Part shown: piece by piece, positions 10,053-19,438 of the stretch
Layout: each line of letters opens with the position of its first letter
How positions within the stretch are numbered: position 1 is the stretch's first letter
Origin: an uncultured Actinomycetota bacterium
Lineage (GTDB): Bacteria; Actinomycetota; Actinomycetes; JAFAQI01
NCBI GenBank assembly: GCA_963770565.1
Contig: CAVYQE010000001.1
Coordinates: forward strand, 896,001-960,000
Reading direction: 5' to 3'
DNA: 64,000 bases
Made by a program: the position numbers and the translations under genes
The notes under the pieces: generated by a model
What the model saw: only the letters and a program-made list of their open reading frames with translations
Told to the model about the DNA's origin: nothing
The model's database searches: none

Positions 10053-13000
10053 CCGAAGGCCGAGCAACTCGCCGTCCTGCGGGGTGACCGCACCGAGGAG
10101 CAGGCCGGCCTTGGCGCGCCTGGCCTGGGCGATCGGCCCTCGGTAGGCCAACGCCATCGCTTCTATCGACCCGGCGAGCGCGACGATCTGGTCCGGGCGG
10201 GCGGGGGTTCGGACCAGTCGTTCCAGCCGGTCCCACAACGGCCCTTCCGGGAGCAGGTCGGCATCGTCGATCAGTACGTCGGGCGGCGGCCCGTCGCCGG
10301 TGCACAGCGACTCGAGCAGGGCCGCCGCATGATCCTGGTCGTCGGCGGGAAGTCGGATCGCATCGCCGGAAAGGAGCAGCGGCGATTCGTCGCGGCAGCT
10401 CACCGCGAGCCGGCGTCCGGTGAGCTGGTGGGCGAGCAACGTCAGGGCGGTCGTACGACCGGAGCCGGCCGGCCCGGCGATGACGAACGAGCTGCCGATC
10501 TCCCGCCGGGTCAGATGCAGCGGTGAGAGGTCCTCCGCCCGCAGACCGAGGGCGACGGCGTCGCGGCCCGATGCGATCACCGCGCTCATCGGGACCCGTC
10601 GTGGGAGCGGATCGAACCGGCGTACTGGACGCTGTGGCGACCGCCAGCGCCCGGCCACAGCGGCGACCGGCTCATCGGCCCGGGCGAACTGGACCGTCGC
10701 GAGGTCGCTGACCCTGATGCCGCGACCGGGCGGCAAGTCGCGGGGCAGGTCGCGCAGTGGTACCCCGACCAGGGCGAAGTCGCTCGAGTCGGCCAGCCGA
10801 AGCACGAACTTGTCCGAGACCGCCCCGGCCAGCCGACCGGTCAGGCCGCCGCGGTCCGAGGTGGTCAGCAGGTGCAGGCCGGCCGCGGGTCCGTCTACCG
10901 CAAGTCGCAGCAGCGCATCCGCGAGCCGTCCGCCGTCCCGGTGGTCAGTGGCCGCGGCGAGCCCGTCCCAGCTGTCGAGAGCGAGCAGCAGGATCGGCCG
11001 ATCGGCAAATCGGTCGTGCCGACGATGGGCTACCTGCTCGGCGAGGTGGCCGACGAGCCGCTCGACCCGATCGACGTCATGCGCCGGGATCACGCCGCCG
11101 CAGTGCGGGACGTCAGCGAGGTCGGCCAGGTCGCCGGCCGAGTCGATGGCCCAGATCTGAAGGTCATCGGGGCAGTGCCTCGCCGCTGCGGACATCACGA
11201 TCGTGCGGATCGCGGTCGTTCGCCCGCTCCGTGCACCGCCGGCTACGAGAGTCGTGCCTCCGGTCGAAAGGTCGAGCGTCAACGCCACCTGTACGCCGTC
11301 CGCCGGCAGGTCCACCATCCCGCACGGCACCTTCCGGTCAAGGGCGTCGCCGGGCAGACTCGACAGCGCGATCGCGTCGGGGAGCGGCGGAAGCCACGGC
11401 GCCGGACCGCCGCGGACGTCGATCCGCTCGCTCGCCTCGAGCACGGCCGCAATGAGCGCGTCGAGCTCCGTGCGCTCTCCGGTCACGTCAGTCGGCGGCG
11501 CGGGTGGGTTGCCGAGGGCGGCGACCGGCGATTGCTCGACGCGCAGTTCCGGCGAACGCGCGCACGGGCCGCCGACCCGCGCGGCCTGGAACTCGCGCAG
11601 CTCGCCCGGTCCGATCCGCACGAAGCCGCGCCCTGGTGCCCCCGGGCTGATCGCGGCGGCCGCCGGCGAGTCGATCACGTCGCGTGAGTCGTTGTCGCGG
11701 GCGACGGCGAGACAGATTCGCAGCCGGGTGTTGGCCCTGATGTCGGCGGAGACCACCCCCTCGGGCCGTTGGGTGGCGAGGACAAGGTGCACTCCTAGCG
11801 AACGGCCGCGCTGCGCGATACCGACCAGCCCGCCGACGAAGTCCGGCTGATCCTCGGCAAGGGTCGCGAACTCGTCGACGACGATCACCAGCCGGGGCAT
11901 CGCGGTCGTCTCAGCGGTGTTCGGCACGGTCGAGTACGACGCGAAGTCGATTGCGCCGGCCGCCGCGAACAACGACTCGCGACGGCGCAACTCGGCACTC
12001 AACGACATCAGCGCGCGCCTGGTTGTCGCGGCGTCGAGGTCGGTGATCACGCCTACCGTGTGCGGGAGCGCGCCGCACGGCCCGAAAGTCGCGCCGCCCT
12101 TGTGATCGACCAGCAGCAGTGCCAGTTGATCGGGCCGGTTGTCGGCGACGAGACCGGCGACCAGGCCGAGCAACAACTCGCTCTTGCCCGCGCCGGTGGT
12201 GCCCGCCAGCAGCGCGTGCGGACCGTCCCGCCCGAGGTCGACCGCGAGGTGGCCGCTCGCCGTACCGCCGAGCACGACCGACGTCGAGGGCCCGTGCGCC
12301 CACCGCCGGGTGATGGCTTGTACGGCGGACTCGTGGTCGTGGAGGTCGATGCCGCTCGCGGCCGACCAGGGCACAAGGGTTGGCAGGTGGGCGGTGTGCG
12401 GATCGTCGTCGTCCCGGAGTGGGGCCAGGTCACGCGCCGCTATCTCGGCGATGTCGACTCCGACCAGGTCGGGGATGACGTTGATCGGCCGGTGGTCGCC
12501 GGCACGCTGCAGGTCGAGGCGCGGCTGCGGCGTCGCCGCGAAGGTGGCGATCGCCGCGGTGCGAGCGGGGAGCAGGCGCTCGTCGGCCGCGGACCAGACC
12601 ACGAACAGATCGGGACCGGCGAGCTCCGTGAGCCGGACCAGCTCGGCCTGGTCGGCGGCCGGTCCAGCCGAGTCGACGACGACCAACGTCGGCACCCGAC
12701 CGGCACGGTCACGGTCATGCTGCTTGGTCAGCGCACCGATCATGGGGGCCACCTGCTCGGCGTCGAAGCCGAGCAGCGCCGTGCACCGCTCACCCCGTGC
12801 GGCCACATGCGGGAGCCACCTCGCCCACGCCCAGTCATCGGCCCGGCCGGGTGCGAGCAGTACGAGCCGGAGCTGCGACGGGCCGTGCAACGTCGCGGCC
12901 TGCAGGACCAGCGAGCGCAACAGTGCGCTTCTTCGCTCGCGGGGGCCGCAGATTCCGAGCACGCCGACCTCACGCACGGCGACCGTGATCGGTATGTCGG

Positions 13001-14081
13001 TCGCGGTCACGCTCGGCCGACCGGTTACCCGCACCTCGCTGGGTGCGTCACCCCGGCCGAGCCTCAGCACAAGCGCGTCGCGGTCGGCGGCCACCCGGCT
13101 CCACAATGTGCGGTCGCGGCCGCGGGCGGCGGCGATCAGCTCGCCGACACCCGGCGCTGCCGCGTGCCGGCGGCGATGCTCCGCGGCCAGTGCCGCCGAG
13201 AGCTGCTCGTCGGCCAAAGTGGTCGCCTGCTCGTGATCCCGAGCGGCCCGTCGCGCCGACTGGCGCGCGGAGCGGCGGTCACCGGCTGCTTGCGCCAGGA
13301 TCATCACCGGCGAGAGCGCGGTGAACGCGAGGAACTCCCACTGGCGGAGCACGAGCGCGAGCACGATCCCGGCGACCAGCGGAGCGATGGCGGCGAGCAC
13401 CGGCACCCGAGGTGGTGGCGGGGGCTCGGGCGCCGGCGGGAACCCGATCGCGACAACACCAACGGCCGGCTCCATCCGCGGCGCCCGGTGGACCGCCAGA
13501 CCGCCGTCGGGCCGCGGCGTGCTCGCGCTGGCCGGTGCCGGCGGCTCCAGGCGAAGTCGGCTGTCACCGAGGTGCAGCTCGCGGTCGAACGGGAGGCTGG
13601 TCGCCACACCGGCATCGAGCGGATGGCCGCCCAGGCTCGTGCCATTGGCGGAGCCGAGGTCCGAGACGGTGGTCCCGCCGCTGCCGACCCGGACTAGCAG
13701 GTGCCGGCGGCTGATCGCGGCGTCGTGGACCGCGAGGCTGCAGCCGGGCTCGCGACCCACGACGTGCTCGCCGTCGGTCAGGAGCAGCCGTCGTCCGGCG
13801 TCCGGGCCGCAGGTGACGACGAGCTCTGGTACGGCGGCCAGCTCCTGCGCTGCCGGGTTGCCCACCCGCACGATCGCGCCGTCGACCAGATGACAGTCGG
13901 CCGCGGTGCTGGCGGCGGCGATCGACCGGCCGTCGACGGTGACCGGCTGTCCGGGGTCGGCGGCCACCGCTTCGCACAAGGCGGTCACGAGCGCATCCGC
14001 GGGCATGGCGTCCGGTACCCGCAGGCTCAGGTCGGCGCGGGTGCCGCTTCCGGTCGCGATCACCGTCACTGTCACGTCCAC
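9936..14081 (-). CDS. FHA-domain FtsK/SpoIIIE ATPase (EccC/EssC-like)
   Basis: Ubiquitin-like N-terminus, FHA (VGR...ISRRH...DLGSANGT), two TM helices. HALLAGTTGAGKSELL, LVIVVDEF, LATQRP, then two further P-loops GGARSGRT and GPAGSGRT. Confidence 0.92.
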   Translation of the reverse strand: MDVTVTVIATGSGTRADLSLRVPDAMPADALVTALCEAVAADPGQPVTVDGRSIAAASTAADCHLVDGAIVRVGNPAAQELAAVPELVVTCGPDAGRRLLLTDGEHVVGREPGCSLAVHDAAISRRHLLVRVGSGGTTVSDLGSANGTSLGGHPLDAGVATSLPFDRELHLGDSRLRLEPPAPASASTPRPDGGLAVHRAPRMEPAVGVVAIGFPPAPEPPPPPRVPVLAAIAPLVAGIVLALVLRQWEFLAFTALSPVMILAQAAGDRRSARQSARRAARDHEQATTLADEQLSAALAAEHRRRHAAAPGVGELIAAARGRDRTLWSRVAADRDALVLRLGRGDAPSEVRVTGRPSVTATDIPITVAVREVGVLGICGPRERRSALLRSLVLQAATLHGPSQLRLVLLAPGRADDWAWARWLPHVAARGERCTALLGFDAEQVAPMIGALTKQHDRDRAGRVPTLVVVDSAGPAADQAELVRLTELAGPDLFVVWSAADERLLPARTAAIATFAATPQPRLDLQRAGDHRPINVIPDLVGVDIAEIAARDLAPLRDDDDPHTAHLPTLVPWSAASGIDLHDHESAVQAITRRWAHGPSTSVVLGGTASGHLAVDLGRDGPHALLAGTTGAGKSELLLGLVAGLVADNRPDQLALLLVDHKGGATFGPCGALPHTVGVITDLDAATTRRALMSLSAELRRRESLFAAAGAIDFASYSTVPNTAETTAMPRLVIVVDEFATLAEDQPDFVGGLVGIAQRGRSLGVHLVLATQRPEGVVSADIRANTRLRICLAVARDNDSRDVIDSPAAAAISPGAPGRGFVRIGPGELREFQAARVGGPCARSPELRVEQSPVAALGNPPAPPTDVTGERTELDALIAAVLEASERIDVRGGPAPWLPPLPDAIALSSLPGDALDRKVPCGMVDLPADGVQVALTLDLSTGGTTLVAGGARSGRTTAIRTIVMSAAARHCPDDLQIWAIDSAGDLADLADVPHCGGVIPAHDVDRVERLVGHLAEQVAHRRHDRFADRPILLLALDSWDGLAAATDHRDGGRLADALLRLAVDGPAAGLHLLTTSDRGGLTGRLAGAVSDKFVLRLADSSDFALVGVPLRDLPRDLPPGRGIRVSDLATVQFARADEPVAAVAGRWRSPQRPVRRFDPLPRRVPMSAVIASGRDAVALGLRAEDLSPLHLTRREIGSSFVIAGPAGSGRTTALTLLAHQLTGRRLAVSCRDESPLLLSGDAIRLPADDQDHAAALLESLCTGDGPPPDVLIDDADLLPEGPLWDRLERLVRTPARPDQIVALAGSIEAMALAYRGPIAQARRAKAGLLLGAVTPQDGELLGLRLPRRLSADAPPGRGWLASRGSATHVQLADPAAETALVN

Positions 14082-14173
14082 GTCCGGACGCTAGGCACGA
14101 TCGCCCTACCTCGCACCAGGTTGTCCACAGCCGGCCGCCGGCAGGGGCCTCGGCGGCCGGCTCCCAGCGGGGT

Positions 14174-14614
14174 CTACCAGCGGTGCCGCCGCCGGTCGTG
14201 GCTCAACAGCCAGAGTGCCGCCAGCACACCGATCAGTAGCCACGGGTGATACAGCGAGACGACGGTGTGCGCGATCGTGCTGACGATCACGACGAGCAGG
14301 ATCACCAAGAGCAGGCGGTGCACCAGCGGCCCACCCGCTCGTGGTCGGTTGACCGGGAGGTTGTCGTTGCCGTCGGTGGGCGGTAGGTCGTAGAACAAGC
14401 CGCCGAGGTCGGATCGGGTCTTCGCCGACATCGCCTGCTCCATCCGCTCGTTGAACTCCTCCTGGTCCAGCCGACCTTCAGCGAAGTGCTTGGACAGCCG
14501 GTCGGCCACGTCGTGGCGTTCGGCGTCGGAGACCCGCAGATCGGAGCCGGAGTAGCGCATGCCGCGGCGGGCGCTGGCGCTTCGCATCCAGGGTGGGCCG
14601 GCTTGGGTTGACAT
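14174..14614 (-). CDS. DUF1707 (SHOCT-like) membrane protein
   Basis: LRVSDAER...LSKHFAEGRLDQEEFNERM...AKTRSDL, C-terminal TM helices; GGAGGT RBS before ATG 14614. Confidence 0.88.
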   Translation of the reverse strand: MSTQAGPPWMRSASARRGMRYSGSDLRVSDAERHDVADRLSKHFAEGRLDQEEFNERMEQAMSAKTRSDLGGLFYDLPPTDGNDNLPVNRPRAGGPLVHRLLLVILLVVIVSTIAHTVVSLYHPWLLIGVLAALWLLSHDRRRHRW

Positions 14615-14627
14615 CAGACCTCCCTGG

Positions 14628-14912
14628 TCAGTGCGACGGCACACGCGGCGACCGGCCGAGGAAGTCCGCGGCGATCGACTGCTCGGCACCCTCCTCCGGG
14701 ATGAGCAGCCAGCCGGCGAGGTAGATCGCGACTCCCGCGCCACCGATCACAGCCAGTACGGCGATGACGATCCGGACCAGCGTGACGTCGACGTCGAGAT
14801 AGTCAGCGAGGCCCACGGCCACGCCGGCCAGCAGGCGATCGTTGATCGGGCGCTGGAGCGGTCGGCTTCGGAGGCCCGGCTCGGGCCGGGTTGAGCTACT
14901 GGTTGTGTCCAT
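14628..14912 (-). CDS. pspC: PspC domain protein
   Basis: LQRPINDRLLAGVAVGLADYLDVDVTLVRI...YLAGWLLIPEE. Confidence 0.9.
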   Translation of the reverse strand: MDTTSSSTRPEPGLRSRPLQRPINDRLLAGVAVGLADYLDVDVTLVRIVIAVLAVIGGAGVAIYLAGWLLIPEEGAEQSIAADFLGRSPRVPSH

Positions 14913-14946
14913 GCCCCCAGCGTCGCTTCAGTGCCGCGACCTGCCA

Positions 14947-15007
14947 ATCGGGATCACCCCGGGTCCGACCCTGAATACTCCGGGACCGGATCAGGGTTGA
15001 TCCTGAT
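14947..15007. promoter_or_regulatory. Probable response-regulator binding sites between divergent pspC and kinase genes
   Basis: Palindrome ATCAGG-N6-CCTGAT at 14990-15007, plus degenerate copies (atcgggatcaccccgg, cgggtccgaccctga). Confidence 0.55.
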
Positions 15008-15076
15008 GCCGGCGCCGGCGCGGCGGGGGACGATCGAGCGGTGAGCCAAACGCCCCCGTGGCAGGACAATGGAGCC

Positions 15077-16393
15077 ATGGGGCCGCGCGAACGCCGGGAC
15101 TACTACCGGCATCACCCGCGCCATCGGGGCTGGCACGGGCGATGGCGGGCGTCGATGCGGGCTGGCCCGCCGCGGCGGACCCAGGACGACCGGATGATCG
15201 GTGGCGTCGCCGCCGGAGTCTCGGCGTGGATCGGCATCGACGTCACGATCGTTCGGCTCGGGTTCGTGCTTGCCGCGCTGCTCAGTGGCTTCGGCCTGGC
15301 CGCCTACGTGCTGGCGTGGCTCATGCTGCCCGCGGTCGGCGAGACCCGCCCGATCGCGAGCAAAGCCGTCGCCGACCGACGCGGGATCGCGCTTGCGGCT
15401 GCGCTCGGATCCATGTTGATCGTGGTGTTGTTCATCGCCGCCGCACTCCACGTCGCGTGGGTCAGCTCGCTTGCACTCCCGGTCATCGTCAGCGGGGCCG
15501 GCCTGGTGCTGATCGCGCGCAATGCGACGCCCGGCGAGCAGGCCGATCTTCGGCAGATCGTGGACTCGGTCGTCGGGCTCGGTGCCGGCCATCGGCGCAC
15601 CCCGACGGTCGCGAGGCTGATCATCGCCGGCGTCCTGCTGATCCTCGGTCTCGGCGCGGTGGTCTCGGGTCACCCGAGCCGGGCGCTGGCCCGGCCGCTC
15701 GGCGGCATCGCGTTGGTGATCGCCGCGGCCCTCGTCGTACTCGGCCCGTGGTGGCTCCGGATCGGACGTGACCTGGTCGTCGAGCGCCAGGCGCGCGCCC
15801 GCGCCGAGGAGCGCGCCGACATCGCTTCGCGGGTGCACGACTCGGTCCTGCAGACCCTGGCGCTGATCCAGCTGCATGTCGACGAGCCGCAGCGGGTGAT
15901 CCAGCTGGCGCGGGCCCAGGAGCGGGAGCTGCGGTCCTGGCTGTTCGACGGTCGGGCCCCCGGGTCCATCCCGGAGCCCGGGATGACGGTCGCAGCCGGC
16001 GTGCGGCTGATCCAGCAGGAGGTCGAGGCAGCGCACGGGGTGGCGGTCGAGGCGATCACGGTCGGTGACTGCGAGCTCGACGACGACCTGGCCGCGCTGC
16101 TGGCGGCGGCGCGCGAGGCGACAGTCAACGCGGTCAAGTGGTCGGGCTGCTCGGTGGTATCGGTCTTCGCCGAGGTTCAGCCGGATGCGGTGTCGGTCTT
16201 CGTCCGTGACCGCGGGACCGGTTTCGACCCGGCCGCGGTGCCGGCCGACCGCAAGGGTCTCGCCGAGTCGGTCCATGCGCGGATGTCGCGGCGCGGCGGC
16301 ACCGCGACCGTCCGCAGCGTGCCGGGCGAGGGAACCGAGGTGTCGTTGACGATGCCGCGGTCCACCCGCGACCGGCAGCAGGCCCGCTCATGA
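15077..16393 (+). CDS. PspC-domain sensor histidine kinase
   Basis: N-terminal PspC motif DRMIGGVAAG, TM helices, H-box VHDSVLQTL, EATVNAVKW, DRGTGFD, PGEGTEV. Confidence 0.92.
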   Translation: MGPRERRDYYRHHPRHRGWHGRWRASMRAGPPRRTQDDRMIGGVAAGVSAWIGIDVTIVRLGFVLAALLSGFGLAAYVLAWLMLPAVGETRPIASKAVADRRGIALAAALGSMLIVVLFIAAALHVAWVSSLALPVIVSGAGLVLIARNATPGEQADLRQIVDSVVGLGAGHRRTPTVARLIIAGVLLILGLGAVVSGHPSRALARPLGGIALVIAAALVVLGPWWLRIGRDLVVERQARARAEERADIASRVHDSVLQTLALIQLHVDEPQRVIQLARAQERELRSWLFDGRAPGSIPEPGMTVAAGVRLIQQEVEAAHGVAVEAITVGDCELDDDLAALLAAAREATVNAVKWSGCSVVSVFAEVQPDAVSVFVRDRGTGFDPAAVPADRKGLAESVHARMSRRGGTATVRSVPGEGTEVSLTMPRSTRDRQQARS

Positions 16394-17073
16394 CGACGCC
16401 GGAGCCACCGGCAGATCCGGTCCGCCGACCGACCGTGCTCATCGTCGACGACCACAGTCTGTTCCGGTCCGGCGTCCGGTCCGAGCTCGCCAACCGGGTG
16501 GACGTGATCGGCGAGGCCGACGACGTCGACCCGGCGATCGCCCTGATCAACGCGCTGGTGCCGGACGTGGTCCTGCTCGACGTCCATCTGCCGGCCGGCA
16601 GCGGCCAGGCCGTGGTCAGCGCGGTCAAGGACACGCATCCGCAGGTTCGCTTCCTCGCGCTGTCCGCGTCGGATGCACCCGAGGACGTGATCGCAGTGAT
16701 CCGGGCCGGCGCCCGCGGGTACGTGACAAAGACGATCTCCTCGACCGAGCTCGTCGATGCGATCCACCGGGTCGCGCTCGGCGAGGCCGTCATCCTGCCG
16801 AGGCTGGCCGGGTTCGTGCTCGACGCGTTCGCGGCCACACCGGCACAGGAGCCGCACCCGCAGTCGGTCGACACCGAGCTCGAGCAGATCACCCCGCGCG
16901 AGCGCGAAGTGCTTCGGTTGATCGCCCGCGGCTATACCTACAAGGAGATCGCCCGGGAGCTGTTCATCTCGACGAAGACGGTCGAGAGCCACGTCTCGTC
17001 CGTGCTGCGCAAGCTGCAACTCTCCACCCGCCACCAGCTGACCCGCTGGGCGAACGAGCGACGGCTTACCTAG
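16390..17073 (+). CDS. NarL/LuxR-family response regulator
   Basis: IVDDH, LLDVHLP, GYVTK, HTH TPREREVLRLIARGYTYKEIA. Confidence 0.95.
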   Translation: MTTPEPPADPVRRPTVLIVDDHSLFRSGVRSELANRVDVIGEADDVDPAIALINALVPDVVLLDVHLPAGSGQAVVSAVKDTHPQVRFLALSASDAPEDVIAVIRAGARGYVTKTISSTELVDAIHRVALGEAVILPRLAGFVLDAFAATPAQEPHPQSVDTELEQITPREREVLRLIARGYTYKEIARELFISTKTVESHVSSVLRKLQLSTRHQLTRWANERRLT

Positions 17074-17155
17074 CCGGTTCAAATCCTGGCGAACGCGTTG
17101 AGGGTGGGCACCGCGGTTGCGGCGCCCACCCTCAACAACTACTTGCTGATCCCGC

Positions 17156-19246
17156 CTAGAACTTCGCGAGATCTGTGACAAACGACGGTCCTACAACGCC
17201 GAGACCGGTCAAGCTGTCGAATCCGGTGTCGGTGGAGAGGGTGACGGGCCGCGTCGCGCAGTTGCCGGTTGCGTCGCAGTACGTCTCATCGCCTTCGTAG
17301 TCCAGCACCCGCAGGCTCACGTTGTAGCCGTCAGATGCGTTAACTGTGTTGGCGTAGTCAACCCGGATGACTGACGAAGCGTTCGGGTCGGTCGGCGGCA
17401 CGATGTCCGTGATCGCACCGGGGTCCTCCGAGTACGCCTTGTACAGCGTCGGGTTGATGAAGCCTTCGGACACGCCAGCAGCCTGGTCGGTGTCAGCGAT
17501 GACTCCGGCGAGCAGCGGCGACGCCAGGCTGGTGCCGCCTTCCTTGAACTGGCCGTAGTGAACGCCGCCCGGGAAGGACTGGGTCAGCCCGATGAGCATG
17601 CCGGTCTGTGCGTCGGCGTCCATCGAGATGTCCGGGATCACCCGGAGCGGCTGTGGCCCGAAGAGGGCCTGGTTCCGGTCCGCGATTGCGGTCGGAACCA
17701 CACCGGCCTGGTAGTACGGCTGGAGGTAGGTGTAGCTGGTCCCGCCACCGCCGCCGGCCTGCCAATTGAGGCTGCCGGACGGTGTGGTCGCCGAGCCGCA
17801 GTTGGTGGTTTCGACGCCGGCGCAGAGGGTCTGCTTCGCCGTCGACCAACCAACCTCGCCGAGCCGGGTTCCACCGCTGCCGATCTCCAGTGACGTGCCA
17901 CCAACAGCCGTGACGTACGGGCTGGTCGGCGGGTAGTCCGGCACGTTCAGGCCGAAGTCGGCGAAGTTGTCGCCGTCGTCGCCTGAGGAGAACAGCACGC
18001 TGACGCCGGTCGAGTCCGCGAGCATGAACGTCTCGTCGAACGCGTTCTTGGCGTCCTGGTCCTCGAAGAGGTCACCCAGGGTGTCGCCCCAAGAGTCGCT
18101 GACCACTGACGCGCCGCTCGTGACGGCGGTTGACAGTGCGGACAGCAGGCTGGAGTCGAAGCAGTCCTGCGCACCGACGTAGAGGATGTCGGCGCCCGGT
18201 GCCATCGAGTGCGAAGACTCGACATCGAGGGACTGCTCGGCGAACCATCCGCTCGCGTCACACGCGTCCTCGTTGCCGACCGTCTCCGGCTCGACGTTGA
18301 AGAACTGCGACGACGACAGCGGGTCGCTGGGGTCGTTGGCCGCGAAGTAGGTCTGAGCGTCCGACAGCAGCGTCGGTGAGTCGTAGGCGTCGACGATGGC
18401 AAGAGCCACGCCGGAGCCGTCGATACCGTGGTTCACGTCACGCTGGATGCCGTACGCCTGACGCAGCTTGGTCGGCCGGTAGCCGCAGATGTCGTAGGCG
18501 TTGCCGGTGTACGGCGCGTACAGCGACGCCGCGTCCGTGGTGTCGGTCTGCTGACCCCAGTACGACGGCGAGCACGGCTTCGGGTTGCGGAAACCGGCCG
18601 GCGGGGCCGGCTCGGCGTCGGCCGACTTGGCGTTGGCCTTCACGTTCTTCGGCATCCGGGCGAGCGACGGGGTGTTGACGTACTGGTTGACACCTACGAC
18701 ACCCGCGACGGCACCCGAGATCGAGGTCGGGATGGACAGGGTCTTGTTGGCAAGCCGAACGGTGTGGCCGTTGACGCGGTACATGCCGAGGCCGGTCCCG
18801 AACGCCTTCTCGACCTGCTTCGCGGTGCCGGAGGCGCTGACGAACAGGTGCGTGCGCGGTACGGCGCCGACCTTGAAGCCCTGACTGCGCAGCCAGGACT
18901 GAGCGCTGCGAATCTCCGCGGTGGTAGGTCCGTAACGACGGAGCCACTGCGCGTCGGTGAGGTAGTGGTGGTAGCTCGCCGAGCCCGGGCTCGACACGTT
19001 GCGTACGAAGGCTCGTGCCCCCGCAGCGTTGCGCAGCCGCAGGGTCAGGTCAAAGCTGACCTTCGACCCGGCCGCAACCTTGCCGTGCGGCTTGCTGCGT
19101 TCTGCAGCCGGACTGATCGAGCCGCGTAGTGCGGCCCGGTGACTTGCCCCCGACGCGGATGCTGTGGGGATTCCCACCGCAACCGCACCGGCAGACATCG
19201 CGAGCCCCGCTGCTCCCAGCGCGACCCATGATCGGGCAGATCTCAT
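17156..19246 (-). CDS. Secreted S53 (sedolisin/kumamolisin) serine peptidase with pro-domain
   Basis: Signal peptide MRSARSWVALG, pro-kumamolisin domain, catalytic EQSLD, SGDDG, GGTSLASP. Confidence 0.93.
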   Translation of the reverse strand: MRSARSWVALGAAGLAMSAGAVAVGIPTASASGASHRAALRGSISPAAERSKPHGKVAAGSKVSFDLTLRLRNAAGARAFVRNVSSPGSASYHHYLTDAQWLRRYGPTTAEIRSAQSWLRSQGFKVGAVPRTHLFVSASGTAKQVEKAFGTGLGMYRVNGHTVRLANKTLSIPTSISGAVAGVVGVNQYVNTPSLARMPKNVKANAKSADAEPAPPAGFRNPKPCSPSYWGQQTDTTDAASLYAPYTGNAYDICGYRPTKLRQAYGIQRDVNHGIDGSGVALAIVDAYDSPTLLSDAQTYFAANDPSDPLSSSQFFNVEPETVGNEDACDASGWFAEQSLDVESSHSMAPGADILYVGAQDCFDSSLLSALSTAVTSGASVVSDSWGDTLGDLFEDQDAKNAFDETFMLADSTGVSVLFSSGDDGDNFADFGLNVPDYPPTSPYVTAVGGTSLEIGSGGTRLGEVGWSTAKQTLCAGVETTNCGSATTPSGSLNWQAGGGGGTSYTYLQPYYQAGVVPTAIADRNQALFGPQPLRVIPDISMDADAQTGMLIGLTQSFPGGVHYGQFKEGGTSLASPLLAGVIADTDQAAGVSEGFINPTLYKAYSEDPGAITDIVPPTDPNASSVIRVDYANTVNASDGYNVSLRVLDYEGDETYCDATGNCATRPVTLSTDTGFDSLTGLGVVGPSFVTDLAKF

Positions 19247-19438
19247 GGATGCCTCTCCCTCTCCGGCTCGGACATGCCGGACGTCGTCCCTACGCCCTGT
19301 TAGCGGGGACGAGGGGAACCTAGACCTCAGGACGTTCGAGGACAATCCCGCCCTTACGGAAGTGACCAACGTTACAGATTTAGACATAAGAGGTGGCCTG
19401 CTCGGGGAGTTTGTCCCGTGGGGCACTAGATTCCGGTC

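Noticed and set aside
12060-13697. Long antisense/alternate-frame ORFs (also 20826-22406, 37175-38821, 54363-56294, 55205-56692, 58936-60240)
   Set aside because: They are shadow ORFs of well-supported genes in high-GC DNA, with Arg/Gly/Pro-rich translations and no motifs.
14120-14130. DnaA-box TTGTCCACA as a replication origin
   Set aside because: It is a single box with no cluster, no AT-rich unwinding element and no dnaA/dnaN; kept only as part of the promoter-signature finding.
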